This document shows, piece after piece, positions 57,838 to 64,000 of a stretch of 64,000 bases of DNA (the first letter of the stretch is position 1; every line of letters begins with the position of its first letter). The stretch is from Hemiscyllium ocellatum (lineage: Eukaryota): the NCBI RefSeq assembly GCF_020745735.1, contig NC_083440.1:3126517-3190516 (forward strand), given 5' to 3'. The notes beneath the pieces were generated by a model that was given only the letters and a program-made list of their open reading frames with translations, searched no databases and had not been told where the DNA came from. Both the position numbers and the translations under genes were made by a program.

Positions 57838-59185
57838 AACTGTACACAGTGACTCCCAGTGTGATACAGAGACCGGAACTGTACACAGTGACTCCCAGTG
57901 CGATACAGAGACTGGAACTGTACACAGTGACTCCCAGTGCGATACAGAGACTGGAACTGTACACAGTGACTCCCAGTGTGATACAGAGACCGGAACTGTA
58001 CACAGTGACTCCCAGTGTGATACAGAGACCGGAACTGTACACAGTGTCTCCCAGTGTGATACAGAGACCGGAACTGTACACAGTGACTCCCAGTGTGATA
58101 CAGAGACCGGAACTGTACACAGTGTCTCCCAGTGTGATACAGAGACCGGAACTGTACACAGTGACTCCCAGTGTGATACAGAGACCGGAACTGTACACAG
58201 TGTCTCCCAGTGTGATACAGAGACCGGAACTGTACACAGTGTCTCCCAGTGCGATACAGAGACCGGAACTGTACACAGTGTCTCCCAGTGCGATACAGAG
58301 ACTGGAACTGTACACAGTGTCTCCCAGTGTGATACAGAGACAGGAACTGTACACAGTGACTCCCAGTGTGATACAGAGACCGGAACTGTACACAGTGTCT
58401 CCCAGTGTGATACAGAGACTGGAACTGTACACAGTGACTCCCAGTGTGATACAGAGACCGGAACTGTACACAGTGACTCCCAGTGTGATACAGAGACCGG
58501 AACTGTACACAGTGTCTCCCAGTGTGATACAGAGACCGGAACTGTACACAGTGTCTCCCAGTGCGATACAGAGACCGGAACTGTACACAGTGTCTCCCAG
58601 TGCGATACAGAGACCGGAACTGTACACAGTGTCTCCCAGTGTGATACAGAGACAGGAACTGTACACAGTGACTCCCAGTGTGATACAGAGACAGGAACTG
58701 TACACAGTGACTCCCAGTGTGATACAGAGACCGGAACTGTACACAGTGTCTCCCAGTGTGATACAGAGACCGGAACTGTACACAGTGTCTCCCAGTGTGA
58801 TACAGAGACAGGAACTGTACACAGTGTCTCCCAGTGCGATACAGAGACCGGAACTGTACACAGTGTCTCCCAGTGCGATACAGAGACCGGAACTGTACAC
58901 AGTGACTCCCAGTGCGATACAGAGACCGGAACTGTACACAGTGACTCCCAGTGCGATACAGAGACCGGAACTGTTCACAGTGACTCCCAGTGCGATACAG
59001 AGACCGGAACTGTACACAGTGACTCCCAGTGCGATACAGAGACCGGAACTGTACACAGTGACTCCCAGTGCGATACAGAGACAGGAACTGTACACAGTGA
59101 CTCCCAGTGCGATACAGAGACAGGAACTGTACACAGTGACTCCCAGTGTGATACAGAGACCGGAACTGTACACAGTGTCTCCCGG
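57838..59185. repeat. 39-bp minisatellite AACTGTACACAGTG(A/T)CTCCCAGTG(T/C)GATACAGAGAC(C/T/A)GG, about 34 copies
   Basis: Strict 39-nt periodicity with only three commonly variable positions. Confidence 0.97.
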
Positions 59186-59614
59186 TGCGGTATAGTGTTG
59201 TATATAGGCTGTCTGAGGCTAATTTGCTACCCAAACCTTCACCTGTTTCAGATTTAGTTTTTGGTATTGGATAGTATAGTGTGTATAGTCCTCATGAACA
59301 TACAGCCAAGATAGCAGAGGGGGCCCTTTGAACCTGTCCATGTATTCAGTTATATAACGGCCCATATGATATCGACCTGGTCTCCTGCGTACCCCGATCA
59401 GCGTGTGTCCCTGGGTAAACTGGAATCTATCTAACCCCCCCTTGAATTTATTCACGGATTCCCTATCCACTTCCTTTTGAGGAAGGGATTCCGAAGTCTC
59501 TCATACCTCTCAGGGAATGCGACCTGCTTCCTCAGCTCCACTTTCAATGGGTTCCTCTCCAGCAAGCCTCCGTATTTGTAATCTATCATCCCCAGTTTCA
59601 GGTTCTCTCACACA

Positions 59615-62100
59615 GGGGCAGCACGGTGGTTCAGTGGTTAGCCAGGGTCACAGGTTCGATCCCACCTCGGGCAACTGTCTGCACGGAGTTTGCACATTCT
59701 CCCCACCGGGTTTGTGTGGGTTTCCTCCGGGTGCTCCGGTTTCCTCCCATAGTCCAAAGAAATGCAGGTTAGGGTGGATTGGCCATGGGATATTGTCCCA
59801 TAGTGCCCAGGGATGTGCAGGTTAGGGTGGATTGGCCATGGGATATTGTCCCATAGTGCCCAGGGATGTGCAGGTTAGGGTGGATTGGCCATGGGAAATT
59901 GTCCCATAGTGCCCAGGGATGTGCAGGTTAGGGTGGATTGGCCATGGGAAATTGTCCCATAGTGCACAGGGATGTGCAGGTTAGGGTGGATTGGCTCTGG
60001 AAAATTGTCCCATAGTGCCCAGGGATGTGCAGTTTAGGGTGGATTGGCCATGGGAAATTGTCCCATAGTGTGCAGGGATGTGCAGGTTCGGGTGGGATTG
60101 GCCATGGGAAATTGTCGCATAGTGCCCAGGGATGTGCAGGTTAAGGTGCATTGGCCATGGGAAATTGTCCCATAGTGTCCAGGGAGGTGCAGGTTAGGGT
60201 GGATTGGCTATGGGAAATTGTCCCATCGTGTCCAGGGATGTTCACGTTCAGGTAGGATTGGCCATGGGAAATTGTCCCATAGTGCCCAGGGATGTGCAGG
60301 TTAGGGTGGGATTGGCCATGGGAAATTGTCCCATAGTGCCCAGGGATGTGCAGGTTAAGGTGGATTGGCGTTGGGGAATTGTCCCGTAGTGTCCAGGGAT
60401 GTGCAGGTTAGGGTGAATTGGCCATGGGAATTTGTCCCATAGTGTCCAGGGATGTGCAGGTTAGGGTGGGTTGGCCATGGGAAATTGTCCCATAGTGCCC
60501 AGGGATGTGCAGGTTAAGGTGGATTGGCCGTGGGAAATTGTCCCATAGTGTCCAGGGATGTGCAGGTTAGGGTGGATTGACAATGGGAAATTGTCCCATA
60601 GTGCCCAGGGATGTGTAGTTTAGGGTGGGTTGGCCATGGGACATTGTCCCATAGTGTCCAGGGATGTTCAGGTTAGGGTGGATTGACAATGGGAAATTGT
60701 CCCATAGTGCCCAGGGATGTGCAGGTTAGGGTGGATTGGCCATGGGGAATTGTCTCATCGTGTCCAGGGAGGTGCAGGTTAGGGTGGATTGGCCATGGGA
60801 AATTGTCCCATAGTGCCCAGGGATGTACAGGTTAGGGTAGATTGGCCATGGGGAATTGTCCCATAGTGCCCAGATATGGGCAGGTTAGGGTGGATTGGCC
60901 ATGGGAAATTGTCCCATAGTTCCAGGGATGTGAAGGTTAGGGTGGATTGGCTGTGGGAAATTGTCCCCTAGTGCCCAGGGATGTACAGTTTAGGGTGGAT
61001 TGACAATGGGAAATTGTCCCATAGTGCCCAGGGATGTGCAGTTTAGGGTGGATTGGCCATGGGAAATTGTCCCATAGTGCCCAGGGATGTGCAGGTTAGG
61101 GTGGATTGACAATGGGAAATTGTCCCATAGTGCCCAGGGATGTGCAGGTTAGGGTGGATTGGCCATGGGAAATTGTCCCATAGTGTCCAGGGATGTGCAG
61201 GTTAGGGTGAATTGGCCATGGGAAATTGTCCCATAGTGCCCAGGGATGTGCAGGTTAGGGTGGGATTGGCCATGGGAAATTGTCCCATAGTGCCCAGGGA
61301 TGTGCAGGGTAGGGTGGATTGGCCATGGGAAATTGTCCCATCGTGCCCAGGGATGTGCAGGTTAGGGTGGATTGGCCATGGGAAATTGTCCCATAGTGCC
61401 CAGGGATGTGCTGCTTAGGGTGGATTGGCCATGGGAAATTGTCCCATAGTGCCCAGGGATGTGCTGCTTAGGGTGGATTGACAATGGGAAATTGTCCCAT
61501 AGTGCCCAGGGATGTGCAGGTTAGGGTGGATTGACAATGGGAAATTGTCCCATAGTGCCCAGGGATGTGCAGGTTAGGGTGGGTTGGCCATGGGAAATTG
61601 TCCCATACTGTCCCAGGGATGTGCAGGTTAGGGTGGGTTGGCCATGGGAAATTGTCCCATAGTGCCCAGGGATGTGCAGGTTAGGGTGGATTGGCCATGG
61701 GAAATTGTCCTATAGTGCCCAGGGATGTGCAGGTTAGGGTGGGTTGGCCATGGGAAATTGTCCCATAGTGCCCAGGGATGTGCAGGTTAGGGTGGGTTGG
61801 CCATGGGAAATTGTCCCATAGTGCCCAGGGATGTGCAGGTTAGGCTGGATTGGCCATGGGAAATTGTCCCATAGTGCCCAGGGATGTGCAGGTTAGGGTG
61901 GGATTGGCCACGGGAAATTGTCCCATAGTGCCCAGGGATGTGCAGGCTAGGGTGGATTGGCCATGGGAAATTGTCCCATAGTGTCCAGGGATGTGCAGGT
62001 TAGGGTGGATTGGCCATGGGAAATGTTGGGGTCTGGGTGTGATGCTCTTCGGAGGGTGTTAGTGTGGATTCGATGGGCCGAATGGACTGTGCCATGGTGT
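59615..62100 (+). mobile_element. V-domain SINE with about 42 internal 53-bp units
   Basis: Head GGGGCAGCACGGTGG...GGTTCGATCCC, array at about 59762-62025, tail GGGCCGAATGG. Confidence 0.92.
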
Positions 62101-62479
62101 GGAGGGAGGAAATGCTCTGTTCTCTGCGGCGGTTGAGTTGGGAGTGAAGATTTCTATCACCCCGGTGTTGGAAGTTTGGAAACAGTATTGATCTGAGAGG
62201 CGTGTGGGGGTGAAGACAATTTTGGATCTTTCTCAGGCTGAGTGGGGACCGATCCTGCTTTCTGGGCTCCCTGCTCCAGGATTTCCAGATGGCTGGATGA
62301 TATCATCAGTGGGGATGGCCGTGGGGGTGGGAATGAATGGAATTCAAAGCATCAGCTCAAGAATGTGTCGTGTGGTCGGTGAAAAGTGAAAGGGCTGCTT
62401 CCCACTTTCATTCACTAACTTTCTCGCGTGCAAACCTTCCAAAAGCATTCACTTGTTCAACCTCCCTGCACTTATAAAC

Positions 62480-63275
62480 AGAGACAGGGCACACACACAC
62501 ACACACACAGAGACAGCTCAGCAAGTCAAACACACACAATTACAACATACACAGAGACAGACCCAGTTAGAAAACACACAGAAACATAGCTACACAGACA
62601 CACACACACTCAACTCAGCAAGACAAACATACACAATTACAACATACACAGAGACAGACCCAGTTAGAAAACACACAGAAACATAGCTACACAGACACAC
62701 ACACACTCAACTCAGCAAGACAAACATACACAATTACAACATACACAGAGACAGACCCAGTTAGAAAACACACAGAAACATAGCTACACAGACACACACA
62801 CACTCAACTCAGCAAGACAAACACACACAATTACAACATACACAGACAGACATCTACACACACACACACAAACTCAGCAAGACAAACACACACAATTACA
62901 AACACAGAGACAGACACATAGCTACACAGACAGCTCAGCAAGACAAACACACAATTACAACACACACAAAGACAGAAACAGTTAGAAAACACACAGACAC
63001 ATAACTACACAGACACATAGCTACACAGACAGCTCAGCAAGACAAACACACAATTACAACACACACACAGACAGACACAGTTAGAAAACACACAGACACA
63101 TAGGTACACAGACACACACATACACAGATACTGCACAACTCAGACACACACACACACAATTACAGTGAAACAAAGAGATACAGTTACAAAACACACACAC
63201 ACACAGGAATACAGAGAGACACACAAGCAGTCACAGCAGACAGAGAGACCGACACACAGCCACCCACACACATAC
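62480..63275. repeat. CA-rich repeat containing a 97-bp unit x3
   Basis: ACCCAGTTAG recurs at 62561, 62658 and 62755. Confidence 0.88.
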
Positions 63276-63341
63276 TAGGATTCCCAGCTCTCCACACCCC
63301 TGGGGATATCAGCAACACGCTTGTGAGAGAGGAGCCAGGCG

Positions 63342-63479
63342 ATGGCGATGGCAATGGGAGCCCGGCCGTTGCTGGGAACAGCCCGGGTTCGCAGGAACAT
63401 GCTAGGCGAAGATTTAACGAAATGCGTTCAGCTGGCCAAGAACCTGCGACCCAAATCCGAGTGCACTCTCCGGTTATAC
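63342..63479 (+). CDS. Candidate exon of a gene continuing beyond the window
   Basis: CpG-containing unique sequence, GCGATGG start context, consensus donor TAC|GTGAGT at 63480. Peptide not recognised. Confidence 0.25.
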
Positions 63480-63593
63480 GTGAGTATTCACAATCTTATT
63501 CCCCGAGCTCTCAGGTTCCATTTCTCACCAGCAGTGCCAGGAAAAAGTTCATCAACTTTGATTCAAATCTGGGAATGTTCTTTCAACCTCTCA

Positions 63594-64000
63594 GTAATAT
63601 TGACAGTGAGTGTGGGAATATACTTAAACTCCCCCTGTGTAATATTGACAGTGAGTGTGGGAATATACTTAAACTCCCCCTGTGTAATATTGACAGTGAG
63701 TGTGGGAGTATACTTAAATCCCCCTGTGTAATATTGACAGTGAGTGTGGGAATATACTAAAACTCCCCTGTGTAATATTGTCATTGAGTGTGGGAATACA
63801 CTTAAACTCCCCTGTGTAATATTGACAGAGAGTGTGGGAATACACTTAAACTCCCCTGTGTAATATTGACAGTGAGTGTGGGAATACACTTAAACTCCCC
63901 TGTGTAATATTGACAGTGAGTGTGGGAATACAATTAAACTCCCATGTGTAATATTGACAGTGAGTGTGGGAATACAATTAAACATCCCTGTGTAATATTG
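63594..64000. repeat. 44-45-bp minisatellite GTAATATTGACAGTGAGTGTGGGAATATACTTAAACTCCCCCTGT, truncated by window end
   Basis: Direct periodicity. Confidence 0.95.

Noticed and set aside
57738-59257. ORFs of about 450-500 aa with 13-aa repeats, or a CRISPR-like array
   Set aside because: A pure tandem repeat open on both strands, with no unique spacers, no cas genes and a eukaryotic context.
59219-59470. Upstream exon for the 57726 candidate
   Set aside because: Mostly a degraded CR1 3' end (ESVNKFKGGLDRF), with no convincing acceptor.

Overview
Eukaryotic, GC-rich, repeat-dense vertebrate DNA, almost certainly from a shark or other cartilaginous fish. The basis is V-domain/HE1-type tRNA-SINEs, CR1 LINEs, Penelope-like elements and a shark-type CARD-NACHT-LRR gene; the composition looks microchromosome-like. 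Two genes can be built by hand with consistent splice phases. (1) A minus-strand NLR immune receptor has 10 coding exons (35611 to 10087, about 1312 aa): a candidate 335-aa low-complexity N-terminal extension, then CARD, NACHT and RI-type LRRs, with an ETS-IRF/ISRE element upstream. (2) A divergently transcribed TMEM109/BRI3BP-family gene has 3 exons (45406-53566, 215 aa) and a CpG-island promoter. The window also holds the 3' end of an unidentified plus-strand gene (1964 to about 3600) and two weaker orphan exon candidates (57520-57726 minus; 63342-63479 plus). The most unusual non-coding signals are: (a) many minimal hammerhead-ribozyme motifs on Penelope-derived palindromic elements, including a young 310-nt non-autonomous, retrozyme-like unit inserted as an inverted dimer at 44198-44857; (b) about 11 kb of 53/45-bp minisatellites that grew inside separate SINE copies from the same internal segment, which has gained a hairpin and (in the 53-bp form) TTAGGG; (c) a CR1 3'-end subfamily whose copies share the same frameshifts and an often tandem 91-bp tail. 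Most long ORFs in the supplied track are tandem-repeat artefacts. All calls are by eye, with no database search.
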